A DNA stretch of 64,000 nt from Stegostoma tigrinum (taxonomy: Eukaryota), in NCBI RefSeq assembly GCF_030684315.1, contig NC_081361.1, positions 18,217,861 through 18,281,860 on the forward strand. The letters run 5' to 3'. How positions within the stretch are numbered: position 1 is the first letter of the stretch; each line of letters opens with the position of its first letter. Below are positions 50,694-62,094 of this stretch, piece after piece. A program made the translations under genes and the position numbers. The notes under the pieces were generated by a model that did no database searches, was not told the origin of the DNA, and was given only the letters and a program-made list of their open reading frames with translations.

Positions 50694-51060
50694 CTGTGAA
50701 TCCATTGTGATCTGAATATAAAACTATTGGATACACCGTGAGAACAATAAGCTTAGGCTGTCAAGTGTAAATCTACATTCTCCAGGACATGTAGCATATA
50801 TTGTGAGTGTTTACCTGTAACCAGGAGACCCAGCTAAGGTTCATCATTGTTCTCCCAGCACTTGCATTTTGATTAATCCAAAATAAGGAATTTCTTCCAA
50901 ATGCTGGACTTCTGTTGATGCAAATCTACAATAGATCATACAAACATATTTTTCTTCTGCGTGTAATTATTTCCATTTGCTTCATAAGTTGTTTGTTATT
51001 AAGGGTGTGGCAGTTTTGTTTATAGGCAAAGTGAATGGATACAGACTCCATGGCAATAGG
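50694..51060 (-). promoter_or_regulatory. Candidate non-coding first exon/promoter of APOBEC4 with FOX and RFX X-box-like motifs
   Basis: Minus-strand donor CAG|gtatgt at 50694/50693; TGTTTAC 50808-50814; GTAACCAGGAGAC 50817-50829; TGTTTAT 51017-51023; GACTCCATGGCAAT 51044-51057. Confidence 0.4.
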
Positions 51061-53287
51061 TTTGTGACTTTGTGCTTGGTTACAGTTCTTCACGTAGAGT
51101 GTAGGTATTCCACAAACTTCTGGCAGATTTTCTGAATGCAATTTAATCATCATCATAAAATCACAGTGTTGCAGTTGCTAAAATCATTGAATTTGTCAGT
51201 CAGAATGACAAGCTGAACACTACATTGTATTCAACAAAGTTCAAAGAATAATTTCTGTTCTTAGATATTGTCAGGTTGACTCAGTTACAAAAGACTGACA
51301 GGCAAATGGAACGATACTCAGAAATAGTGAGGATGAAGGTTTGAGCTGGTTTCATCTATTTTTGAATGTGAAGATTTTGATTCATCCATTGTTTTTCTGC
51401 TTAAGCTATTGCCTTCTGCCTTAAAAGGTGGCAGCACTCACACTGAGTCAGAGGATTTGCTAAAGTGAAACAAGAAGTGAAGTACTTACAAGAACTATGT
51501 GCCATATGCAAAAATGTTATGTCAGATACATCACTTTCATTCCTGTTTATGCACAGGCTGCTGTTATGGTTGGAGCTTTTGAATTGCATTGTTCAATCAC
51601 TGGCAATTAGTGCAATGCTGAACCTGAATGCATGGTTTTGGCCAAAGATACTTCCAATAATCTTATTAAGCTTCTGTAAATTATCGGGTAATATTGGCAT
51701 AATATATGATATATAAATATTGCATTTATTTCAACTTACAATCCACATTGATACTTGAAAGTAGAGTTGTAGGAAATCTGATAGCGAAGTGTATGTGGTC
51801 CCATTAACAGAAATGAGTAGATAATCTTTGAGGGTGGGATAATTATTCACCTGGAGAATTACCCTCCTCTTTTCACTCAGAGACAGTGACTCTGTTTAAA
51901 GTATTGTTTGAAATATTGTACTTGCAACAGTGCAGTACAAGTTGGCACAGCAATGTCAGCTGAGACTATGTGGTAAAGTCTCTGAAGTAGGACTGAAAAT
52001 TTGTAAGTCTGGCAAGAAAGTTATCCACTAAGCCAAAACTTGAAACAGACAGATGCTTGCATGACTTATTAATGAATTCAGTATTGTGCATGTGTTTTAA
52101 AGGTTGCTAGTGGTAGAACATGAAAAGCAGCTTTGTCACTTTTCAGTCATAAAATTTGTATGCCTCTCTCCCAACACTAAGTGAATAAGCAAAATGTTTT
52201 GATGGGGGTGGTAAAGGTGTTTCAGCTTCTTTGCCTTCAGGAGTTCAATGCCCATTGGGTGCTGCACAGTTGTAAAGTGACTCAATTCATGTGCTAGCTT
52301 TTGGTCATTCGGAGATTCTGTTTGGAACACAGCAATGTAGTGTCCAGTACATCAGCCTGCTGCTTTGATAATCTATCCAAACTCAATCTTCATTTTAAAC
52401 CCCATCATTGATCTGTGCAAAATAGTGAGATACAAGTGGAACACAGTGACTTTTTTGCACAAATAAATGCTGGGAAGTTAGCCAACTGTTGTAAAAGAGA
52501 CTTGCTGATTTCCCCCATCAATAAGAGTAACCTTCCAATTGTTGTAAAAATTGTGTGTCATTCACATTTCATGTTCTAGGTGCTCACAAAAATTGAAAGT
52601 AAAAACCAGCTCACTTGATAATGGGTCTTACTGGCTGCTAAGGAACTAGTTCACCTTAGATCATGTGCTGAACATATTAGGTAAGATGCGCACAAAAGTG
52701 CCTCAGCTGGAGCAGCCCATTATGGATATAACAGAGAGCTAGGTGCTCCAACTGGCAGTTAGCAACAGAACCTATTGGAGCAATCTCAGAGATAATTAGA
52801 CTAGTATATAATTGTGAACAACAGAAGTAAAATGCACTTCTGTAATTTTATCCTGTCAGCAATATGTTACCTGTGGGATTAAACCATTCATAGGTATCAA
52901 AGCTAAGACACAATAGTAGGAATTCTTGAGAGTTATTGAGTTCAGTTTCAAATGATACAGCAGAAGAAAAATGTTCATGCCCAGAACAAACCTGAGACAA
53001 GATTTGTGACAAGCTAACTGCCATTTAGAAAATTAATGCATGTAAACATTTGTGGATGTCACATTTCACTGTGTGACTTTTAGTTAGTACAAATACAATC
53101 ATTTAGCCTTCTCTCTCTTCTTTCACATTGACTGGTGAAACTGCTGCCCTGTCAGAAGAAGAGGGGGATAATATTTGTTATTTGACAATCCAGGTTGATT
53201 GTGCATGATAGATTTGATGCTTCTTGGAAGCAATGTTAAGTGTTAGTGTTGCCTTACCAAATCTACTATTGGGTTATTCCCACTGCA

Positions 53288-53600
53288 ATGTGGTGGCTCA
53301 GTGGTTAGCACTGTAGCCTCACCGCGCCAGGGACTGGGTTCAATTCCAGCCTCAGGCAACTGTCTGTGTGGAGCTTGCACATTCTCCGTGTGTCTGCATG
53401 GGTTTCCTCCAGGTGCTACGGATTCCTCCCACAGTCCAAAGATGTGTAGGCTAGGTGGATTGGCCATGCTAAATTGCCCTTAGTGTTCAGGGTTGTATGG
53501 GTTATAGGGGGATGGGTCTGGGTGGGATGCTCCAGGGGGCGGTGTGGACTTGTTGGGCTGAAGGGCCTGTTCCCACACTGTGGGGAATCTAATCTAATCA
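53288..53600 (+). mobile_element. tRNA-derived V-SINE (HE1-like)
   Basis: Same head, core and (AATCT)n tail as 19597-19920. Confidence 0.9.
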
Positions 53601-53899
53601 TTTCTTGAGTGAAGTTGGGTTCAATGTGTTGCAGTTGTTCCTATCCCTTCCGCTCCTGTCCTTAACCATTTCCTTCTGTCACTAAGTGGCAATGTTGGAA
53701 GCCATGTACCTTTCCAAACGTTGCTTTGTTTTTGTAGAGGGTCTCTGCTGTCTCCTCTTGGCTCTGCCATGACTGTTTAGAGTCAATTTGACTGATATGA
53801 ATGTAATCAGTTAACCCATCCTGCTGCATCTTCACGTCAAACAGTCTTCCAAAAATAAGGGACACTGTGTGCGTCACTGCAGGTGATGATATTATCAAT

Positions 53900-54552
53900 C
53901 CCTGAAGATCATAGGGCAGTTGGATCAGGTAGGCATATGGAATACTTGTCTTGATTAGCAGAGGCGTAGAATACAAGAGGAAGGTAGTTATGCTGGAACT
54001 GTATAAGATGCTGGTTTGGCACTAACTGGTGTACTTAGTGCAGTTCAGGTCAACTCATTACACAAAGGATGTGTTTGCATGAGGGAGGGTGTGCAAGAGA
54101 TTTACAAGGATACAGCTTGGTCTGCGGGATCTGAGCAATGAAACCTTGGAGAGGCTGGATTTGTTTTCTGGAAGCAGTGAATTTAGGGAGGCATCACGTT
54201 AGAGGTGTATAAGGTTTTGAGAGACATAGGGTGAGTAGGAAGGAACCTTGTGTATTCATAGATGGATCAATTATGAGGGATATGGGTTTAATGTGAGAGG
54301 GAGAAAGCCAAGTGGAGGGTTGAAGAGAAATGCTTTCACTCAAGAGAGTAATACAAGTTTGGAACTCACTGCCTGAGAAGATGATTGACATAGAAAGTTT
54401 CATACCAGTTGAGCAGCATCTGTCTCTTCACTTGCGTTGCCTTAATTTACCAGGCTAAAACTAGAAAATAGGATTAGTGCAAACAGATCTTTGATGATGA
54501 GTGTGAGATAACTGGCATCCTTCTGTGCTGTAAATGTCTATGAGTCTATGAA
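53900..54552 (+). mobile_element. Old CR1-like LINE 3' fragment
   Basis: agaggcgtagaatacaagagg...gctggaactgtataag (GVEYKR..MLELYK) through tail cttctgtgctgtaaatgtctatgagtctatg. Confidence 0.7.
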
Positions 54553-55792
54553 TCAAAACAGTGGTGAAGGAATTGATGCAATTCTTCATTCTGAATGATC
54601 TGCCAACATAGATCCAGTCAGACTACGACACAAATTTCAAGTCCAGCATATTTCAGGAAGTGATTAGTAAGCTGGGTGTTGACAATATTCCCACTAAGTT
54701 CCTTTTTCTGGTGTGTGGACCTCTGAAGTTCATTCATGGGTGATGTCAACATTGAAACTTGGACTCCTTATTTGTTCACCTAGGTAAAGGAAGGTGAGCG
54801 AACTTAACATTCAGCAAATTAAAGGATTTATGCAGAAACAGGTCAGATTGCACCACTCTAGCACTATGTGATGTGGATGTCAGAAAGGTCCCTCTCAGAG
54901 GGCGACACCTTTAACAGCCCAAGTTCAGGAGGAGATGAACTACTTGCTGGAATGCCCATTGATTAGTTTGTTGCAACCAATCTCTGAGCAGATGAATGTG
55001 AAAGAGGAGCTAGGTTTATCCCTCTTTACCTAGAAATTTAGCAATGTGGGGTATTCCCTCTTTAATAAATTGGGGAACCGTACCAAGGATCTAGTTGTAA
55101 CAGTGTAAGTGCACTAGAAAAAGAGTTTTTGGCTGACTCAGGGTTTGTTGGATAATTATTAATTTACATTGAGCTTCAATGGAATTCAGCCAAAATCTGC
55201 AGATAGAGTTATCCAACATGGAACCAAAGATATTTCCAAGTATCCATTATATCAGCTGCACTTTCTCTCCAAGTATTGAAAATCCTTAAACTTAGTTATC
55301 ACATTTTGAAAATGACACCAACAAATCTTCTTAAAACTCGCTAAATGACACCAACCGTTCAGAATGTTTTCGTATTTTGAGATGGCTTTTTTTTCCACTC
55401 AAGATGTTGAGAATGCAAGTTTCACAATCCAAGAACTTAAGACATTTTTTTAATCTGCTGAATGTGGAGGTTTTGGCTGAATCCAAAAGAGTATTTGGAT
55501 GTCACAGACAAAGCAAGAACAACAAGAAGCACTTGTGACAATCTGTGGAGACTGTTCCAAATGAGAAGCCGTTTCTTGGCATTGCAGGTGCTTTTGCTCT
55601 CCTTCAGAGTTGGAATCGTGGAGTCTGGTTGGGAGCATGATGCAGATTAAAGCTGCTCAGCAGCTCACTTCTGTCAATTGTTTCTGAACATCTCCTAGCT
55701 AAGATCGGAAAGCGATATACATCTTGGTGGAACTTCATTGCTATATCAATTTCGTGGTCTAAACACAGTTCGCCTTAAATAGGAGAGAGTGA

Positions 55793-55993
55793 GTTTTGAG
55801 AAGATTTGTAGCTCAGGTTGAGGCTCTGAATGTAAGTTTGCTCGCTGAGCTGGAAGGTTAGTTTTCAGACGTTTCATCACCATTCTAGGTAACATCATCA
55901 GTGAGCCTCCGACGATGGCTGATGGTGTTACCTAGAATGGTGATGAAACATCTGAAAACTAAACTTCCAGCTCAGCGAGCAAACTCACATCCA
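55793..55993. mobile_element. Fold-back element of a second PLE-like family with hammerhead core
   Basis: Arms about 55827-55901 and 55919-55993 are reverse complements. Minus strand reads ucaCUGAUGA-U-GUUACC(UAGAAU)GGUGAU-GAAAC-GUCuga. Confidence 0.85.
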
Positions 55994-57045
55994 TAGGATG
56001 CATTCTCAACATCTTGAGTGGAACACCCCGATTGCCAAACTGCTCCGCTGTCTGTGGTATATCTGGTGAATGTCAACTGTAACTACAGAATGTTTTGTAC
56101 AAACTCCATTGTATTTGCTTCTCACTATGGTTTGCTTTGAGTCAAGTGCGAAATATGGTCCGAAAGAATGGCTTATTTGCCTTTGATGGTGAATGTATTT
56201 TGGTTTAATTTGAGAGGAGTGTGCAAAATGGAAAAGTGTGCGGGGGGCAGGGTGAAGGAATATACATTTTCTAAAGCCCATGCAATATCTCACTTAAAAT
56301 GGACAATACATTTTAAAATGGAAAACATTTAATGAGACTTTGTGTTACCAGAATTACTGATTTTTGGCGATATTTGTACACATACACGTAAATGAAAATT
56401 CTATTATTTAAACCTGGGGTTGCTTGTATAATGCAAACGAATGCGCTTTGCATTACAGTTCGGGGCTCTGTTCACATGGAATATGAAGTGTTAGTAAGAA
56501 TTGGTGCATGTCTTGGAGCAGTCATTGGTTTGATTTGACGTCAAGACTCAGTGAAATTCCCTGGAGGATTACGTTTACTGCTGATTTTGTGCTGTAGCCA
56601 GGTCGTCTGACTTCGCTGCCAGACTCGCAGGGTCATTGTAAATACGCTTCCCGCTGCCCATATGTTACACCGTGTGTAAATCCTGAAGGTGTGGGTGATT
56701 AGGAAGGGGGCATGCTTTTCCTTCCCTCTGTGCAATATTCTGTGGCAAATGCTCAGCTTTCTGTTATCCTTCACGCCGAGGTGTACCGTGCCTCCTGAAG
56801 CCAGCTGGTAAGCTCGGTGTTTTCCAGGCTGGCGGGGGCATGGGATCAAACCCACGTGCAGTCTTTCACAGGCTTGGCTGCATCCCAGAATCTGCATTCT
56901 TGAACAAGTCAGCTTGACATTTTACGAAGTTTTCCATGTCAGCACCAGGCTTCTGCATTTGGGGAAGTCCTGTCGAATGGTGTTGAGGAGTCAGTCAATT
57001 GTTCTTGCTTTTCAGAGATACCAGGAACTGCACATACTGGAGAAT

Positions 57046-57100
57046 CTGAGATGCTGCTTGGCCTGCTGTGTTCATCGTGCTCTACACCTTGTTGTCTCAT
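57046..57100 (+). mobile_element. Short fragment of the young PLE tail
   Basis: ctgagatgctgcttggcctgctgtgttcatc, as in 43152-43182 and 61708-61738. Confidence 0.75.
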
Positions 57101-57329
57101 TTTTGCTTTTTGTTTTGTTTCACTTGGGATTGCAAATGTGACACGAGCCAAGTAATGACTGCATCTCTTCGTAGGCGAAGAATCACTCTCTTGGTGTTTT
57201 ATAAACTGGGAAAAAGGGGTTAATTTACAGGACTTGCAAAACTCTTGTTGTCTGTGTCAATCATGTGTCATTTGTGTTCAATTCAAATGAGTGACCATTT
57301 CAAATTGTTACTCAAATTATAATTGTCCA

Positions 57330-57950
57330 CAGGAGTTACTTCTACCTTGTCGACCCATTCCGTGTGTGTACGTATGTGTGTGTGTGTGACAGGAAGATGC
57401 GGTGCCAGGAGCCGGCGCCTCTGGGTGCGGAATAGGAAAGGGAGGAAGGTGCTGGCGGCGAGTGGGAAGGATAAGCCAGCGGCTGAACAGACAGCGGAGC
57501 AGTTTGGCAATCGGGGTTGCCAGGCAAAGAGAGAGAATTTTTGATAATGAATGCGCTCGGTCATGATAAAGTCAATCTGATCGATGCTTTCTCTCCTGTA
57601 CCGCCCCCTCCCCGTTCCTTCAGATTTTGTCTCCTTTCCTCTTTCAGCAGTCTCTTTCTCCCCGCCGTTTCCTAGTGATTTCCCTGTCACCTGTACAAAT
57701 GCTGCAAGTCCCTGGATGGAGCCACGATGTTCGACCGCAGGCGCTTGATGGTGCGCACCGTTCAGTGGAGCCTGGTGCTGGAGCTGCTGGATAAGCCCAA
57801 TGCGGCCCTGCCGAGCTATCGAGCCCAGACTCCGGAAAAAAAAACAACTCTGGGTACGTGACAGAGAAGGAGGCAGGCTGGTTTGGGATGCACAGGGACA
57901 CCAACAGCATCGGTTCAATTCTCAAACCAGCTGAGGTTAGCAAGGCGCCA
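57330..57950 (+). promoter_or_regulatory. CpG-rich promoter/5' exon region of the putative RGL1 transcript
   Basis: Local rise in GC and CpG (cggtgccaggagccggcgcc, ccgccccctcccc GC-box at about 57601) in an otherwise CpG-poor window. Weaker CpG enrichment also at 56540-56900. Confidence 0.6.
57727..57853 (+). CDS. RGL1: Probable first coding exon of RalGDS-like 1 (MFDRRRLMVRTVQWSLVLELLDKPNAALPSYRAQTPEK...)
   Basis: Strong Kozak gccacgATG with an upstream in-frame TGA, donor TGG|gtacgt, GC/CpG-rich setting. The peptide resembles RalGDS-family alternative N-termini as recalled, and RGL1 neighbours APOBEC4 and COLGALT2 in human. No downstream exons in the window, so identity rests partly on synteny. 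Confidence 0.6.
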
Positions 57951-58777
57951 GTTTCTCAATCTTACCTCCTCATTTGAGAGTGCAAACCATCACAGCGAGT
58001 AGTTTGACTTCAAATCACGCATCCATACTTGGTAGCTAAAATAGCAGGAAACATTGCAACACATGGTCCTGTGTTCAGGCACTGGTCTGCTGGAATGGAC
58101 CGTTGTGTTGGTTGCAGTAATACGAATACAAGAAGTTTTGTAAAGAACTGGCTTTGTTTGAAACAAACCAGCATATTGTTTAAAAGAACAGTGAACAAGA
58201 AGTTAAGTAAAGGGCTGCCATTCTCGCATGAGTCCTGAAGGATGTACAGTTCATTCTGCAGGTATACTTAGAATGTTGCTGTAGTTCACTGTTTCTGTGA
58301 AGAAGAATGACAGCAATCGAAGGCTCGAAGAGATCTGTACATACTTTTGTCGTCAGTCACATTGGCCTTTTGAACATAATAGGCTCGATTTTATGGTCAG
58401 GGTAAACTAACCCTGTTGGCTGTGAATAAAGTCGTTCACACAGGTTGGGAAATTTTTTATGTTGTGACCCTCCCCTTTCCTGATGGCAGTTTAAATCTGG
58501 TACATAGTTGAGGGGATCTCCATGTCAGAAGGGCGATGCCAGCAAACAAGGCAAGCAACCAATCAGATTGAACTATTCTCAAAGAAAGCAAACCAGGAAG
58601 TTATAAATTCTGCAATTTGTTTTATTGAATTAAATTTTCAGAAAGCAATTAATGAAATTGATGAACTACAAAGTTAGCATAGACAGACTTGAAAAACATA
58701 CCTTATGTTTTTTAAAAAACAATTGAACTTTCCGAATGTAGAACTAACTTTTTCAGAGCCAGTAATAATTTAATATG

Positions 58778-58998
58778 GAACAAAAACAAAGTTGCTGGAA
58801 AAGCTCATCAGGTCTGGCAACATCTGTGAGGAAGAAAACAACGTTGATGTTTTGGGTCCAATTCTGATGAATGGTCACTGGACCCGAAACACTCACTCTG
58901 TTTTCTCCTTCACAGATGCTACCAGACCTGCTGAGCTTTTCCAGTAACTTTGTTTTCGTTCCTGATTCACGGCATCCACAGTTCTTTTGGTTTTTATT
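58778..58998. mobile_element. Fold-back PLE-tail insertion with 15-bp TSD and hammerhead-like core
   Basis: aacaaagttgctggaaaagctcatcaggtctgg is complementary to ccagacctgctgagcttttccagtaactttgtt; core CTGATGAATGGTCACTGGACCCGAAAC at 58864-58890; TSD taataatttaa(t/c)atg at 58763-58777 and 58999-59013. Confidence 0.88.
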
Positions 58999-61662
58999 TA
59001 ATAATTTAACATGCCAGCTGAAACCCAAATGTGCCTTAGTGAACATGCATTCTAGATTTTTTTGTGGTGATTAGTGCACTGATGACCTGCTGATTGTACT
59101 CTGAGATGGGAATGAATGGCTGTTCCTCAGCAAGAATGTTGAATTGCAAATAGCAACTTCTGGATTTCCAAGCCATTCTGCACTGAAGGATTTTCCTTCA
59201 TACCCCAGCAGTATCCCAGGTCTTGGGTCCAATCTTGCTTGGGTGAATTAATAGGTTAGCCTTCCACAGTGAGAAAATATGAAAGTCAGATGTTCACATT
59301 GGTTTTCAGGAATTTCACTCAGTTCTTTGAAACAACTTTCTCAAAAACTAATCTTGGTTGCATTTAATTCATTTACTCTTTTAAAAAAAGCTAAACACAT
59401 GGGTTACTATTTTGAAGAACAGACACACGGAAGTATTTTGCATTTCACAATAGTTCCTTTGATATTAGACAATCCACTTACAGGTGAATTTGACGAATTG
59501 TAATGTCGGTACGGAAGATGGGCGGAACGGGAGGGGATGCAGTTCTTGCACCTTTGCACCTTTAAAAAACTCCAATATTGGCTGTTGGGAAAAAAATATT
59601 CACTGCATCTTCTACTCAGCTAAAATTATTAATCCATTGAATGTTGGGATTTTTTTAGGAAATGTGATGACAACATTCTTTTTGATCACCTTGTGTTGAC
59701 TTGCAGGCTGCTTTGCTCGGATAAAGTGCATCTTTTTCGTGCAGTTCTAGTTGCCTGCTTGTCGAGATTTCATGTTTCAAGAGTCGAAATAGGTTAGCTG
59801 CAATGTCTTGGGTTTATAAATGTTTTTACTTCTGTTTATTGCAAAATATTGTTAAAATCTGAGTGATGTGTTGGTACTATCATTAGTCCGACTTTCCTGA
59901 AGAGAGAAAATTGTGACTGCCACATGGTCTTTTCATTTGAATAAACTTTACAAGGCTCTCCAGTATCGGATCATGTTTGAGCTCTCAGTGGATTTCAGTT
60001 CTGTGATGGAATAAAGGTTTTTATTAAGTTCATGCCAGAATTCTGAAGTGTAGACTAAAATCAATTTTAAAACCTCTAGTTGAGATTTGCTAACGTGACA
60101 CAGTTGAGGGTCTCGAAGTGAGGACTTCCTTGATGTTCCAGCTGCTGAGCTCATGCCACTTGCTACAAAGAGCAAGCTGTTTGCTTATTTAGGAAGAACT
60201 TTTTGGACAGAACTGTGATATTCCTCATGTCAATATAAGCTGGTTAGCCTATTATTCCCATTATTTTCATAAAACTGACAGATGCAAAACTCACTTTTTT
60301 GTTGAAATACCTAAATATGTAAATGAAGGGGAAGGTGTGGAGATATGGTAATCTGCATTAGGTTATCTCTAACTCGTGTTTGGAAGGCATCATCCGAACC
60401 AGCGGTGCATAGGACTGGGACACCACATCATTTCAGTTCTTAATTGTGAATGTTGGTGATGTACTGCACCAGTCAATCAATGACACTTTGGGAGTTGTTT
60501 TGTGTGTCTTCCTTGCAGTGCTGTTTTGCCTGATACCCAGAGAATTTCATCAAACCAGGCAGGATCAGTTTCTAGTGGAGATTAAGATTCTTAAAAAGCT
60601 GCAATTTAAATGAAATAGTCCATTAAGGTGATGTCAGGCGATGCAGCAAAATAACTGCCTGATTAAGAAGGAGATGGCAGGACTGACGCTTCAGTTTAAA
60701 ATCGTGGGCTATACATTTAGATTTATTCGATGGTTCTGTTAATGAAGCCCCTAATAATTAAGACTGGAATGGAGGAATAATTCTGAAACTGAATTCTTGC
60801 AGCACATTATGCTGACACTTGGCAGTATTTAGTTGAGGCCAAGCAAAGTGAGACTGTCTGCCCTCAAGTTAATGAAGACAGCAAGTGGCTTTGATTTGGT
60901 TGCTGTGAATCTCTTACCACCATCCACCTTACTCAGTGTACATGTGGATCAGAGATGCTGGGCGAGGGAGGGTGTACTGAACTTGATTGAAGATGTTGAA
61001 CCTTGTGCCTTCCCCTAAGACTCAGAAAATCTCTATTGGTAATTTGGGTGTGGTCATGTGTGAAAAGTAAGTTGCCCATCAGATGAACTCTTTTTTAAGT
61101 GAACATTTCACAGGCTTTATTAAATATAAATACATACAAGGAACTGTAAGAGAGGAGAATATCTTGTGCAACCTGATATATTCAGGCGCTAGCTCTGTCC
61201 AGTGTGACGTGGCTCTTTATGGAAATGCTCTGTAGCTCTTCTGACTGCACAATGATGGACATATTTCAAGCCCTGCTTCATCTTAAATAGCCCCAACAGG
61301 AGAGGAATGTCTTCGCGGAATAATGATCTAATTTGAAGACTAACAGGATATTATTGCAATTTCATCTTGCATCTTGATATCATCAGGTTCCTCAATGTCA
61401 TGATTCCCACATCCAGTTTATTTTGCCCTGAAGGTACATAAAGCAAACCCACATCAGGTAAAATATGGCAAAGTCACAACAGTTTTGGTAAAATAACTGC
61501 AGTAGCTTTCCTGAAGCAAGTTGTAATGTTCATGCCCTGAACCACCAGTTGATACAGCACAATGCTGGCAACAAAACTGGAATTGTCCAAATCTGTGTGA
61601 CTAACTCAACACTACTCATAATCTATCAAGAAAACCCTGCTTTTACAAAAAAAACAAAATAA

Positions 61663-61793
61663 CTCTCTGATGAAGAGTCTTGGCCCGAAACATCAGCTTT
61701 TGTGTTCCTGAGATGCTGCTTGGCCTGCTGTGTTCATCCAGCTTCACACTTTGTTACCTTGGATTCTCCAGCATCTGCAGTTCCCATTATCAT
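61663..61793 (+). mobile_element. PLE tail-only insertion starting at the hammerhead core
   Basis: ctctCTGATGAAGAGTCTTGGCCCGAAACATCagc...cagttcccattatc; possible 8-bp TSD caaaataa at 61655-61662 and 61794-61801. Confidence 0.85.
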
Positions 61794-62094
61794 CAAAATA
61801 AATATTGGTCTCTCTTTGTCTAAGTTTACTGGAATATTTGCAAGGAGACAGTGAAGTGTATGTAAATAACTGAAATTGAGAGTTCTTTTGTGCTTGTGTT
61901 TCTCTAGACATAATAGAATTGGCACCCAGGGATTTTTGATTATGCTGGCAATTTCAAAGAATAGTGATTTTAAGAACAATGATGGTCAATGTTGTTTAAC
62001 TTGTAGCTTTAAATAAACAATTTGGTTCCTGAAGGAGTGACTGTTTATATGTGGTGCATCCAACAGTGGAAATGAAACTAAAAAAGTACTGGAA

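Noticed and set aside
54574-54582. Perfect C/EBP-ATF element TGATGCAAT
   Set aside because: Single 9-mer next to a LINE tail; compatible with chance in 64 kb.
55462-55650. Short + ORF as a possible extra RGL1 5' exon
   Set aside because: No recognisable similarity and only a weak donor (CAG|gtgctt).
57283-57918. 211-aa minus-strand ORF
   Set aside because: Antisense shadow of the GC-rich promoter/first exon; no recognisable domain, and the + strand has the Kozak and donor signals.
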